A stretch of 63,572 nt of DNA from Candidatus Limnocylindria bacterium (GCA_036565345.1 DATCNH010000047.1:1-63572), one strand, 5' to 3'; positions 35,536-44,424 are shown, counted from the stretch's first letter. Notes: generated by a model from the letters alone, not told the origin. A program made the numbers and translations.

Positions 35536-36624
35536 CTATGGGATCGGCGCCACCGGAAGCGCCGTGCTGGTCAGCGGCGGGGTGATCGGCGCGAGCAAGG
35601 CTGTCGGCAACGGGGCGACCGGGAGCGTCGGCGGCGGCGCGAGGGAGGCCGTCGGCAGTGGCGCGACCGGCAGGGTCGGCAGTGGCGCAAGCGAGAGCGT
35701 CGGCAGGGGACCGAGGGTCCCGATCGGCAGCGGTGCCGGCGTTCCGGCGGTCAGCGGCGAGATCGTCGCGATCGCGGGGCCGGCAGCGACGGACGACGGC
35801 GCCGTCGTGCCCGGCGTCGCGGGGCCCGCGGCGGACGGTCCGGCGAGCGGGGACGGGCTCGCACTCGACGAAACGTCTGAGCCCTGCGCCGGTGCCGGTG
35901 TGGCCGCGCTCGGCGGGGGCGCCGTGACCGCCGCTGCGGATGCGGTCGCCCGGGCGGAGAGCGGCGTGGGGGCGGTGGGAGCCGTGCCGGGGGCGGTGCG
36001 GGTCTCCATGCCGGCCGGCACGAGGACCGCGGCGCCGGCCGAGCTGACCGCGACGAGCCCTTCACTGGTGCGCTCAATGGCCGAGCCATCCGCGGCGACC
36101 ACGACCTCGAACTTCGTGCCGCGCACCGCCGCGGTCAGCGATGGCGTGCGGATCTCGTAGCGCGACCGTGGATCGACGAGCTTGTGGACGCTCGACACCG
36201 TCCGTCCGATCGTCTGCGCGATGAGCAGGTCGACCGCGCCGTCAGGCGAGGCTGCGGCAGAGACCGTCACCTCGGTCGCCGGCGCGAGCTCGAGCGTCGA
36301 TCCATCGAAGAAGGTGATGACCGCACGCCCGACAGCGTCGGTCCGCACCCGATCGCCCGAGACCACGGTCTCGCCGTCGGTGGCCGAGGTGTAGGCCGCG
36401 GTCCCGTGGGCCAGCTCGACCCGTCCCGCGAGGACCGCCAGCACGCTCGCCGGCCCGACCGCGCGGGTCTGGCCCGACAGCGCGAAGGGGATGAGCAAGG
36501 CGAAGGCGAGGACGATGGCAAGCACGATCGCGCTGCGGCGTTTCACTCGCCAAGCATTGGCCGGCGCCTGAAGAACGCGGTACCCCGTTCGGGGGACCCG
36601 AAGGTCAAAACATCGATACCTCAC
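35536..36624 (-). CDS. FecR-domain membrane-anchored protein with Pro-rich C-terminal repeats
   Basis: TM anchor AIVLAIVLAFALLIPFAL and FecR-like block GRVELAHG...GDRVRTDAVGRAVITFFDGSTLELAPATEVTV, then an Ala/Pro/Thr-rich tail. GTG 36624 overlaps the livF stop; a later start at VKRRSAIV is possible. Confidence 0.65.
   Translation of the reverse strand: MRYRCFDLRVPRTGYRVLQAPANAWRVKRRSAIVLAIVLAFALLIPFALSGQTRAVGPASVLAVLAGRVELAHGTAAYTSATDGETVVSGDRVRTDAVGRAVITFFDGSTLELAPATEVTVSAAASPDGAVDLLIAQTIGRTVSSVHKLVDPRSRYEIRTPSLTAAVRGTKFEVVVAADGSAIERTSEGLVAVSSAGAAVLVPAGMETRTAPGTAPTAPTPLSARATASAAAVTAPPPSAATPAPAQGSDVSSSASPSPLAGPSAAGPATPGTTAPSSVAAGPAIATISPLTAGTPAPLPIGTLGPLPTLSLAPLPTLPVAPLPTASLAPPPTLPVAPLPTALLAPITPPLTSTALPVAPIP
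35590..35733 (-). repeat. In-frame 24-nt tandem repeat (about 5-6 copies) encoding PLPT(L/A)xxA
   Basis: The protein reads PLPIGTLG-PLPTLSLA-PLPTLPVA-PLPTASLA-PPPTLPVA-PLPTALLA. On the plus strand, GTCGGCAG(T/G)GGCGC units recur every ~24 nt. Confidence 0.7.
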
Positions 36625-37310
36625 GCACCGAGGTACGCGCGTGCGACGCCGGGGTCGCGCAACAGCGCGGCGCCGGTGCCGGTCAGGCTGATCCGCCCCA
36701 ACTCCAGGACGTAGGCCCGGTCGGCGAGACGGAGGGCCCGGAGCGCGTTCTGCTCGACCAAGAGCATCGTCGTCCCACCGGCTTGAAGCTCCGCGAGGAC
36801 CTCGAACACCGTGGCCACCATCTTCGGCGCGAGGCCCAGGGATGGCTCGTCGAGCAGCAGCACCCGTGGCCGCGCGAGGAGGGCCCGCGCGATCGCGAGC
36901 ATCTGCTGCTCCCCGCCGGAGAGGTTGCCCGCCGGGAGCGCGCGGCGCTGGGCGAGGATCGGGAAGCGCGCATATCCCGCGTTCGGATCCGTGCCGCCTA
37001 GCAGCAGGTTCTCGTGCACCGACATCCGGGCAAGGATCGCCCGCCCCTCGGCGACCTGACTGATGCCCGCCCGAACGATCTGGTGCGGCGGCGCGCCGGT
37101 GAGGTCACGGCCCTGCAGGAGCACGCGGCCGCCGGCCGGACGGACGAGGCCGGAGATCGCGGCGAGGGTCGAGGACTTCCCCGCCCCGTTCGCGCCGATG
37201 AGCGCGACGACCTCGCCCGCGGCGACCTCGAAGCTGATCCCGCGGACCGCCTCGATCGCGCCGTACCGGACAACGAGGTCCTCGACCGCGAGCATCGCCG
37301 GCTCAGGCAT
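36621..37310 (-). CDS. livF: Branched-chain amino acid ABC transporter ATP-binding protein (LivF type), second system
   Basis: Walker A GANGAGKSS, signature LSGGEQQML, Walker B LLLDEPS, and the C-terminal ...AYLGA. Confidence 0.85.
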   Translation of the reverse strand: MPEPAMLAVEDLVVRYGAIEAVRGISFEVAAGEVVALIGANGAGKSSTLAAISGLVRPAGGRVLLQGRDLTGAPPHQIVRAGISQVAEGRAILARMSVHENLLLGGTDPNAGYARFPILAQRRALPAGNLSGGEQQMLAIARALLARPRVLLLDEPSLGLAPKMVATVFEVLAELQAGGTTMLLVEQNALRALRLADRAYVLELGRISLTGTGAALLRDPGVARAYLGA

Positions 37311-38055
37311 CGTCGGCCCCCAGATACGCCTCGCGCACGGTGGGATCCGCCTGGATCTGGGCGGGGGTGCCTTCGGCGATCTTCCGGCCGAAGTTCAGCA
37401 CCGCGACGCGGGCACAGGCGTCCATGACCAGCCGCACGTCGTGCTCGATAAGGATGATCGTGAGGCCGCCGGCGACCAGATCGGCCATCAGGGTCCGCAG
37501 CCCCACCGATTCGGTCGGGTTCATGCCGGCCGCCGGCTCGTCGAGGATGAGCAACCGGGGCTCCGACGCGAGGGCTCGTGCGATCTCGAGGCGGCGCTGA
37601 TCGCCGTACGCCAGCTCGCCCGCGAGTGCCGCGGCGCGCGCGCGCAGGCCGATGCGGTCGAGCAGCGCGAGCGCGGCGGCACGATCGGCCCAGCCGGTCG
37701 GGCGGAACGGCACGAGGCGGGCGAGGACATCGGAGCGCATCCGGACATGCCGGCCGACCAGGACATTCTCGAGGACGGAAAGGCCCTTGAAGAGGCGCAC
37801 GCCCTGGAACGTGCGGGTGAGACCGCGGCGCGTGAGGCGGTGTGCGGGCACGGCGGTGATGTCGTCGCCGCCGAACCGGACCGCGCCGGCATCGGCCTGG
37901 AGGTGGCCCGAGAGGAGGTTGATGAGCGTCGTCTTTCCCGCGCCGTTCGGCCCGATGAGCCCGAACACTTGACCCGCGGCGATGGCCAGGTCGACGCGGT
38001 CGACCGCGACCACGCCGCCGAAGCGCCGCGTGAGGCCGGCCGTCTCAAGCAACAT
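37303..38055 (-). CDS. livG: Branched-chain amino acid ABC transporter ATP-binding protein (LivG type), second system
   Basis: Walker A GPNGAGKTT, signature LAYGDQRRLE, Walker B LILDEPAAGM. Confidence 0.85.
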   Translation of the reverse strand: MLLETAGLTRRFGGVVAVDRVDLAIAAGQVFGLIGPNGAGKTTLINLLSGHLQADAGAVRFGGDDITAVPAHRLTRRGLTRTFQGVRLFKGLSVLENVLVGRHVRMRSDVLARLVPFRPTGWADRAAALALLDRIGLRARAAALAGELAYGDQRRLEIARALASEPRLLILDEPAAGMNPTESVGLRTLMADLVAGGLTIILIEHDVRLVMDACARVAVLNFGRKIAEGTPAQIQADPTVREAYLGADDA

Positions 38056-38917
38056 CGGCCGCTCCCACGCGCTGCAGTCGGCGGGTCCGCCGCAGCTGGA
38101 AGAGCGTGACGAGCCCGCGCGGCAGATAGACGATTACCAGGACGAGGACGGCCCCCTGGAAGATGTCGCGGTACTCCTGCAGGCCACGCAGGATCTCGGG
38201 CAGACCGGTGAACAGGAGCGCCCCCAGGAGCGGACCGAGCACGTTCGGGACCCCGCCGACGACGGCGAAGACGAGGATCTGGACCGCGCGCGCGAAGCCG
38301 AACTCATCGGGCTGGAGGGCGAAATTGAAGTGGGCGGACAGGCCGCCGGCCAGCCCGGCGATGAGCGCTCCGAGAACGAAGGCGAGGAGCTTGTAGCGGC
38401 GGACGGCGATGCCCTGGCTTGCCGCCGCGACCTCATCCTCACGGATCGCGGCCCAGGCCCGGCCGACGATCGACAGGCGGAGCCGCGCCAGAAAATAGGT
38501 GATGAGCGCCAGGGACAGATAGATCTGCCAAAGCTCGGTGGTCGCCGGGATGCCGACGAGGCCCTGTCCCTTCCCGGTGGCGGGGATCGCGAGGATGACA
38601 ACCCGGATGACCTCCCCGAACGCGAGCGTGGCGATCGCGAGGTACACCCCGCGCAGGCGGAAGACGGTCGCACCGAGCGGGAGCGAGACCAGTCCGGCGA
38701 GGAGCGCGCCGGCCAGCAGCGCGAGTGGGAACGGCAGGTCCGCGCGCATCGTGAGCAGCGCGGAGCTGTAGGCGGCGATCCCCATGAAGGCGGCGTTCCC
38801 CAGGGTGAGCTGGCCGCAATAGAGGGTGAGCCAGACAGAAAGCGCAAGGAGACCATTGATCCCGAGGACCCCGATCGTCGTCGAGTACGTGAGGAAGAGG
38901 TCATTCAGCCCATCCAT
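38045..38917 (-). CDS. livM: Branched-chain amino acid ABC transporter permease (LivM type), second system
   Basis: 290 aa polytopic protein with LTLGNAAFMGIAAY and GKGQGLVGIP motifs. Confidence 0.85.
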   Translation of the reverse strand: MDGLNDLFLTYSTTIGVLGINGLLALSVWLTLYCGQLTLGNAAFMGIAAYSSALLTMRADLPFPLALLAGALLAGLVSLPLGATVFRLRGVYLAIATLAFGEVIRVVILAIPATGKGQGLVGIPATTELWQIYLSLALITYFLARLRLSIVGRAWAAIREDEVAAASQGIAVRRYKLLAFVLGALIAGLAGGLSAHFNFALQPDEFGFARAVQILVFAVVGGVPNVLGPLLGALLFTGLPEILRGLQEYRDIFQGAVLVLVIVYLPRGLVTLFQLRRTRRLQRVGAADVA

Positions 38918-38919
38918 CG

Positions 38920-39795
38920 CTACACCCGGTCCGCGGGCTTCGCACCAAGCAGGCCGTTCGGCCGGACGAGAAGCACGATGAACAGGAGCCCGAACGCGAA
39001 CGCGTCACGGAGCTCGCTTGGAAGGAACGCGAGGCTGGCACTCTCCCCGAAGCTCAGAAGGTAGGCGCCCACGAGCGCACCGGGGATGCTCCCCATTCCT
39101 CCCACGACCATGACCGTGAACGCCTTCAGCTCGAACGGCAGGCCCATCTGCGAATACGGGCTGTTCGTCGCGAAGCCGTAAAGGACCCCCGCGACACCAC
39201 CCAGGCCAGCGCTGATGAAGAAGGTCGCGGCGATCGCGCGTTCCACATCGACCCCGAGCAAGCGCGCGGCTCGCGGATCCTCCGCGAGCGCGCGCAGCTG
39301 GCGGCCGAGCGTCGTGCGGCCCACGAGGAACGTGAGCCCGACCATCAGGAGCAGCGCGACGAGGATGATCACCAGACGCAGGCCGTCGAGCTGCGCTCCG
39401 CCGAGCTCGACCACCCCGGTGGGAACGCTCCCGGCCGGGTAGGCCTGCAGGTCCGGCCCGTAGCGGAGCTGGATGAGCCGGGTGAGGATGAGCGCCACCC
39501 CGATGCTCGAGATCATCGCCGAGAGCGGCGGCGCACCGCGACGCCGCAGCGGCGCGAACGCGATCCGGTCCAGGAGCACGCCAAGCAGACCGCAGACGAG
39601 GAATGCGATGACGAGCGCGAGCGGCGCCGGTATCCCGGCCTGCATCACGAAGAGCGCGGTGAACGCACCGACGGTGAAGATCGCGGGGTGCGCGAGGTTC
39701 AGGATGTCCAGCACCGAAAACACCAGGGTGAAGCCGAGAGCGAAGAGGGCGTAGATGCTCCCGACGAAGATCGCGTTGTAGATCTGGTCGGCCAC
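38920..39795 (-). CDS. livH: Branched-chain amino acid ABC transporter permease (LivH type), second system
   Basis: 291 aa. MADQIYNAIFVGSIYALFALGFTLVFSVLDILNLAHP is a canonical LivH N-terminus. Confidence 0.85.
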   Translation of the reverse strand: MADQIYNAIFVGSIYALFALGFTLVFSVLDILNLAHPAIFTVGAFTALFVMQAGIPAPLALVIAFLVCGLLGVLLDRIAFAPLRRRGAPPLSAMISSIGVALILTRLIQLRYGPDLQAYPAGSVPTGVVELGGAQLDGLRLVIILVALLLMVGLTFLVGRTTLGRQLRALAEDPRAARLLGVDVERAIAATFFISAGLGGVAGVLYGFATNSPYSQMGLPFELKAFTVMVVGGMGSIPGALVGAYLLSFGESASLAFLPSELRDAFAFGLLFIVLLVRPNGLLGAKPADRV

Positions 39796-39815
39796 GCCCG
39801 CAGGCTAAAGCAGAA

Positions 39816-39841
39816 GGGCGGGGACCTCACGGTCCCCGCCC
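39816..39841 (-). terminator. Intra-operon hairpin after the binding-protein gene (attenuating terminator / mRNA stabiliser)
   Basis: Perfect 11-bp stem GGGCGGGGACC / GGTCCCCGCCC with a 4-nt loop. On the minus strand it is followed by TTCTGCTTTAG. It sits between the SBP stop (39863) and the livH start (39795). Confidence 0.5.
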
Positions 39842-39862
39842 TGCGTCGATCCCGATGCGGTG

Positions 39863-41050
39863 CTAGTTGATCGGCGTGAACTTCCCGGCCTTGATCTGGA
39901 CCACGTAGACCTTCTGGGTCACGTCGTGGTCCTTGTTGAACGAGATCTCGCCCAGCGGCGTCCGCACGCCGGTGGTGAGCTCGATCTGGACCTTGAGCTT
40001 ATCGTGGAGCACGCTGTTCGGATTCGGCGTGCGCTTGAGGGCGTCCAGCAGGACGTAGAGCGCCGCGTACGCCTGCGCCGCGAACTGGTCGGGGTCCTTG
40101 CCGTACTTCGCCTTGTACGCAGCGACGAAGTCCTTGTTCTCGGCGGACGGGTTGTCGAGGTACCAGGCGGCACCGGAGATCGCGCCCTCGGCGGCTGCGC
40201 CGGCGGATGCCGCGATCGCCGGAGTGTTGAAGCCGTTGCCGCCCACGACCGGCAGGCCGGCCTTCCGCTTGGCGACCTCCTGCAGGATCTTGATCGCCGG
40301 GCCGGCCAGGGAGCTGTTCACGATGGCATCCGGAGTCTCGGCGACGGCCAGGATGACCGGGCCGGAGAGGTCGACGTCGTTCTTGGAGTACGCGATCTCC
40401 TTCTTGATCGTGATCCCGGCCGCCTCGAGGGCCTTCTTGAAGATCGCGAAGCCGTCGGAGCTGAACTTGTCGTCCTGGGCGTACATGAGGACCACGCTCT
40501 TGAGGCCGAGCTTGGCCTTCACCGTCTTGACCGTCTCGGGGATCGCCGTAGACTCGCCGAGCGAGACGCGGAAGACATAGTCACATGGTCCGTAGGAGCA
40601 CTTGCCGACGATTCCGTCGCCGGTGTTGCTGATCGCGATGACCGGGGTCTGCGCGCCCTGGGCGACCGGGTCGGCGGCGACCGCGGTACCGGACAGCGTC
40701 GGGCCGAGGATCGCGGCGACGCGATCCTGTTGCACGAGCTTCTTGAAGGCGGTGATCCCGCCGTCGGTCGTGGACTGGTCGTCCTCGATGACGAGCTGGA
40801 GCTTGGCGCCGTTCGCGCCGCCGGCGGCGTTGATGCGATCCGCGGCGAGCTGGACGCCGTTCTTCTGGGCCGGGCCGTAGGCGTTCCCCACGCCGGTGAG
40901 CGAGAGCGCCACCCCGACCTTGATGTCCGGCTTGCTCGCCGCGGTCGCGCTCGCGGCCGGGGCGCCGGACGCGCCGCCGGTACCGGTACCGCCGCAGGCG
41001 GCCAGCAGGACCGCGAGCACGGTGAAGATGCCGATGAGCCGTTTCGTCAT
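39863..41050 (-). CDS. ABC transporter substrate-binding lipoprotein (LivK/LivJ family), second system
   Basis: 395 aa. Lipobox LLAACGG and type I periplasmic binding fold blocks (GVALSLTGVGNAYG, ILGPTLSG). Confidence 0.85.
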   Translation of the reverse strand: MTKRLIGIFTVLAVLLAACGGTGTGGASGAPAASATAASKPDIKVGVALSLTGVGNAYGPAQKNGVQLAADRINAAGGANGAKLQLVIEDDQSTTDGGITAFKKLVQQDRVAAILGPTLSGTAVAADPVAQGAQTPVIAISNTGDGIVGKCSYGPCDYVFRVSLGESTAIPETVKTVKAKLGLKSVVLMYAQDDKFSSDGFAIFKKALEAAGITIKKEIAYSKNDVDLSGPVILAVAETPDAIVNSSLAGPAIKILQEVAKRKAGLPVVGGNGFNTPAIAASAGAAAEGAISGAAWYLDNPSAENKDFVAAYKAKYGKDPDQFAAQAYAALYVLLDALKRTPNPNSVLHDKLKVQIELTTGVRTPLGEISFNKDHDVTQKVYVVQIKAGKFTPIN

Positions 41051-41133
41051 GCCACTCCCTCTCTATCCACGATCCACGCGAAAACCTCGGCAAGTCTACG
41101 GGACCGCGGTGATTCGCCCGGTTCCCGCTGGGC

Positions 41134-41982
41134 TCAGGCGAGGTGACGCGGCCGGAGGTCGAGCAGCAGGCTGGCGAGCGAAAAGAGCGTCGCCAGGACC
41201 ACGCCGCAGGCGGCGAAGGCCGCCGGATCGCGGAGCGCGATCGACTGGAGGGCCACGAACCCGATCCCGTTCCAGAGCAGGAGATACTCCACGATCGGAA
41301 GGCTCGCGACGGCGATGCGCAGGCCGCTGCCGACCGCCTCCAGCGACAGCGGCAGCACATGCGGCAGGATGTGGACCCGAACGATCCAGCTCGGCAACAG
41401 CCCCTTGGCGTTCGCCGTATTCACGAAGTCGGCGTCGAACACCTCGGCCATCCGCACCGCGGTGAGCTGCGCGGTCATCGCGACGGCGGGAGCGGAGAGC
41501 GCAAGGAGCGGGAGGACCAGATGTCCGTCGAGGCCGAAGCCGAACACCGGAAGCACCGTCCGGCCAGCCGCTCCACCGATGAAGATGATGAGGATCTGCA
41601 GGAAGTAGGCGAGGAAGAACGACGGGATCGCGGCGACCACGCTCGTGAGCCCGAGGATCGCGCCGCTGCGGATCGCGCGTCGGCGGAGGAGCGCAGCGGT
41701 GATCCCGAGCAGCAGCCCGACGGTGAGCGAGAAGACGAGCACCCCGACAAGGAGCGCGAGGCTGCGTCCGGTGGCCGCGACGATCACCTCGGCGAGCGAG
41801 GCCTGATAGGTCTGCGCCACGCTCGGAGGGACGAGCTGCGGACCGCCGAACGACGATTGGCCCCGGGATGCGACGCCGATGCCAGGCGCGAGGATGAACG
41901 GGCCGTACCGAGCCATCGCGATGGGCGAGAGGACGGCGAACGCCGCCCAGAGCACGCCGATCGTCAGCGGGAACCGGGTCAT
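41134..41982 (-). CDS. ABC transporter permease, Opp/Dpp 'B' type
   Basis: ATG 41982, 282 aa, ~6 TM segments. EAA-loop region FVNTANAKGLLPSWIVRVHILPHVLPLSLEAVG. The 458-aa ORF is a spurious extension overlapping the upstream gene. Confidence 0.75.
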   Translation of the reverse strand: MTRFPLTIGVLWAAFAVLSPIAMARYGPFILAPGIGVASRGQSSFGGPQLVPPSVAQTYQASLAEVIVAATGRSLALLVGVLVFSLTVGLLLGITAALLRRRAIRSGAILGLTSVVAAIPSFFLAYFLQILIIFIGGAAGRTVLPVFGFGLDGHLVLPLLALSAPAVAMTAQLTAVRMAEVFDADFVNTANAKGLLPSWIVRVHILPHVLPLSLEAVGSGLRIAVASLPIVEYLLLWNGIGFVALQSIALRDPAAFAACGVVLATLFSLASLLLDLRPRHLA

Positions 41983-41999
41983 CCGGAACACGAGACGCC

Positions 42000-44348
42000 T
42001 CACCGCGGATGGAGCTCGGGGGCGCCTGCGGCGTAGCGACCGACCGCATATCCCACGACCGACGCGGCATCCGCACGCAGGTCGCTCCCCTCCGTCGCAC
42101 GACCGACCCCGCGGATGAGGACCCAATGGACGTCGGTCAGGGCGCCAAGACCGACCGCGACCATGAGGTCGCCGGCGGCGGCGGTGTCCGGGTCGATGGT
42201 CGCATCGGTGTGGAGCGCCGCCGCGCCGGTCCGGGTCGCGTACGCGTCGAACGCCGCGACCAGATCGCCGTAGGCGGTCGTGAAGCGCAGGGCCGATCCG
42301 GCGAGCGTGTCGATCGCGAGCACGACGTCCAGGGGCGTGGTGCCGAGGGCGGCCCGGACCGCCTTGGCGTTCGCCTGCGTGTCGCCGCGCGGGTCGAACA
42401 GCACCAGGGCGAGCGGCGGAAGGGGATGCCCGGCGAGAGACCGCGCGACCGCCGCGAGCAGGTCCTCGGCGCCACGCGTTCCGTCGGTGCGCGACGGCGC
42501 GACCGCCCACACGACCAGGCGATGTTCCCCTGCCGCGGCCGGCGTCAGGGCGACGAGGGACCGCGAGGCCGTGGTCACCGCGGCCACCGGCACGTCGACC
42601 CGCGCGGTCCCGGGAAGGGCCGCGGCGAGCGAGCGGCCGGAGGTGTAGGTCACCTCGCCCTCCCGCTGGCTCCGCAGGATCTCCGAGGCACGCGCGCCGA
42701 GCGGTGCGAGGATCCGATCCGCCGCCTCGACGCCCAGCAGCAGCACCGGGGTCCCGGCCGCGGCACCGAGCGGGTCGCCGGCCGCCAGGCGACGGTACGG
42801 GTCGGCCTGATTACCGGGAAGCGGGCGGCCGCGCTGGCCATCGACGTAGAGGATCGCTGCCGGGTGTCGCGCGATGAGGTTGCGGAGCTGCACATCCGGC
42901 GCGGGACCCTGCACCACTCCCCGACCGAGCCTGATGTTCGGCAAGCGGAGCAGCACGACGATCGCGCCCAGCACCGCGACCGTGGCCAGGTCGTCCTGCC
43001 AGGTGGCGATGTTCTGGCCCAGGTCGGGCGGCGAGAAGGGCCCGCGATCGGTCGGCGGATAGTCAAGGGGCGAGATGCCCCAGCCGGCGAACACCAGTCG
43101 AGCGTTGGCCGTGCCCCCGCCGGCCGGACCGAACAGGAGCGGCACGAAATCCCCCCCGGGGCCCTCGCGGAACGTCATCCGACCGGCGTCCGCGTCGACC
43201 TCGAGCGATGCCGTGCCGACCTGCTCGAAGCTGGTCGACCTGCGCTCGACCGGCGTGACCGCCAGACCCGCGGCGGCGAGGGCCGCGCCGGCGTCGGCGC
43301 CGATGACCGCGCGATCGCGGGCCGCGTGTCCGAGCTCGAGCGCTACGGCGTAACGGTCCGGCAGGACGAACGACGGGACGATCGAGAGGAGGATCGACAC
43401 GACGACGACGGCCGTGATCGGTGACCGCAGGTCGTGGAGCAGGTTGCGCCGCCGGTACTGCCGCGCAATGCCGATCCCGAGGATCGTCGCCCCGACCGCG
43501 GCGAGCGCGATCGCGGTACCCGGAACGAGGAACGCCCACCGGGTCACGTACAGGTTCTCGATGCCGCGGCCGAGGGCGAGCAGGCCGCCCCATTCGGGAA
43601 CATCCGGCACCCCGAAGCCGGTGCGGGCGCCATTCGGTACGACGGCCATCGCCTCGGCCAGGTCGATCGCGCGGCGCGGTCCGACGAAGATCCCGATGAC
43701 CCCGAGCTCCGCCAGCGCAACGAGCGCCGTGGCGATCTGTTGGCTCGCCGACACCGCGAGGACCGGGACCAGATGCGGCAGGTGATGGCGAAGCAGCACC
43801 TCGCGGCGACGTACGCCGAGCGCCCGGGCGCCTTGGGTGAACTGCGCGACGCGCAGCCGTCCGAGCTCCGCACGCAGGACGCGATACGGCCCGGCCCAGC
43901 CGGTGACGAGCAGCGCGCCCACGAACACCGCGGCGGGGGCGCCCTGCTGACCGAAGGCAAGCACAAAGAAGACCGCCACGATCGTCGATGGCACCGCGGA
44001 CACCAGGTCGGCGAGCCCGTCCAACGCCAGGCGTGCGGTGTGGGACCAGCTTCCGGTGACCGCCAGGAGGAAGCCGACGGCCAGGCGGGCCAAGCCGGCC
44101 AGGACGACGATCGCCAGGGTCGTCCTGGCGCCGGCAAGCACGAGGCTGAAGAGGTCCCGGCCGAGCGCGTCCGAACCGAAGAGGAACGGCCGGCCCGGCG
44201 GGAGCGGACGCACGTCCCCGCCGGGTGCGTTCACCAACAGATAGAACGGCTCGTTCGGCGCGATCCGCTCCCCGTACACGCCCACGAACAGGAGGACGCT
44301 GGCGATCGCCAGACCGACCGCCAGCCAGGGATCGATCCGACGCTGCAT
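42000..44348 (-). CDS. Opp/Dpp 'C' type ABC permease fused to an extra TM helix and a ~450-aa extracytoplasmic PA/M28-like (non-catalytic) domain
   Basis: aa 1-300 form the permease (EAA loop GARALGVRRREVLLRHHLPHLVP). A 7th helix ITAVVVVSILLSIVPSFVL spans aa 310-329. aa 330-782 are a soluble domain with PA-like GAIVVLLRLP...AAILYVD...GTPVLLLGVEAADRIL and M28-like HRLVVWAVAPS...GTRGAEDLLAAVARSL...LVLFDPRGD blocks, without the His/Asp/Glu ligands. Confidence 0.7.
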   Translation of the reverse strand: MQRRIDPWLAVGLAIASVLLFVGVYGERIAPNEPFYLLVNAPGGDVRPLPPGRPFLFGSDALGRDLFSLVLAGARTTLAIVVLAGLARLAVGFLLAVTGSWSHTARLALDGLADLVSAVPSTIVAVFFVLAFGQQGAPAAVFVGALLVTGWAGPYRVLRAELGRLRVAQFTQGARALGVRRREVLLRHHLPHLVPVLAVSASQQIATALVALAELGVIGIFVGPRRAIDLAEAMAVVPNGARTGFGVPDVPEWGGLLALGRGIENLYVTRWAFLVPGTAIALAAVGATILGIGIARQYRRRNLLHDLRSPITAVVVVSILLSIVPSFVLPDRYAVALELGHAARDRAVIGADAGAALAAAGLAVTPVERRSTSFEQVGTASLEVDADAGRMTFREGPGGDFVPLLFGPAGGGTANARLVFAGWGISPLDYPPTDRGPFSPPDLGQNIATWQDDLATVAVLGAIVVLLRLPNIRLGRGVVQGPAPDVQLRNLIARHPAAILYVDGQRGRPLPGNQADPYRRLAAGDPLGAAAGTPVLLLGVEAADRILAPLGARASEILRSQREGEVTYTSGRSLAAALPGTARVDVPVAAVTTASRSLVALTPAAAGEHRLVVWAVAPSRTDGTRGAEDLLAAVARSLAGHPLPPLALVLFDPRGDTQANAKAVRAALGTTPLDVVLAIDTLAGSALRFTTAYGDLVAAFDAYATRTGAAALHTDATIDPDTAAAGDLMVAVGLGALTDVHWVLIRGVGRATEGSDLRADAASVVGYAVGRYAAGAPELHPR

Positions 44349-44424
44349 CCACCGGACCGTACAGGGCGGACCCGGCCGGGGTTCGATACACTTCGCATTC
44401 GCTTCAGTCGGAGGGAGAGAGCAC

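Noticed and set aside
35540-35740. Short tandem DNA repeats, considered as a CRISPR-like array.
   Set aside because: The period is 24 nt with no unique spacers. The repeats are in frame inside a CDS and encode PLPTxxxA units. No cas genes are present.
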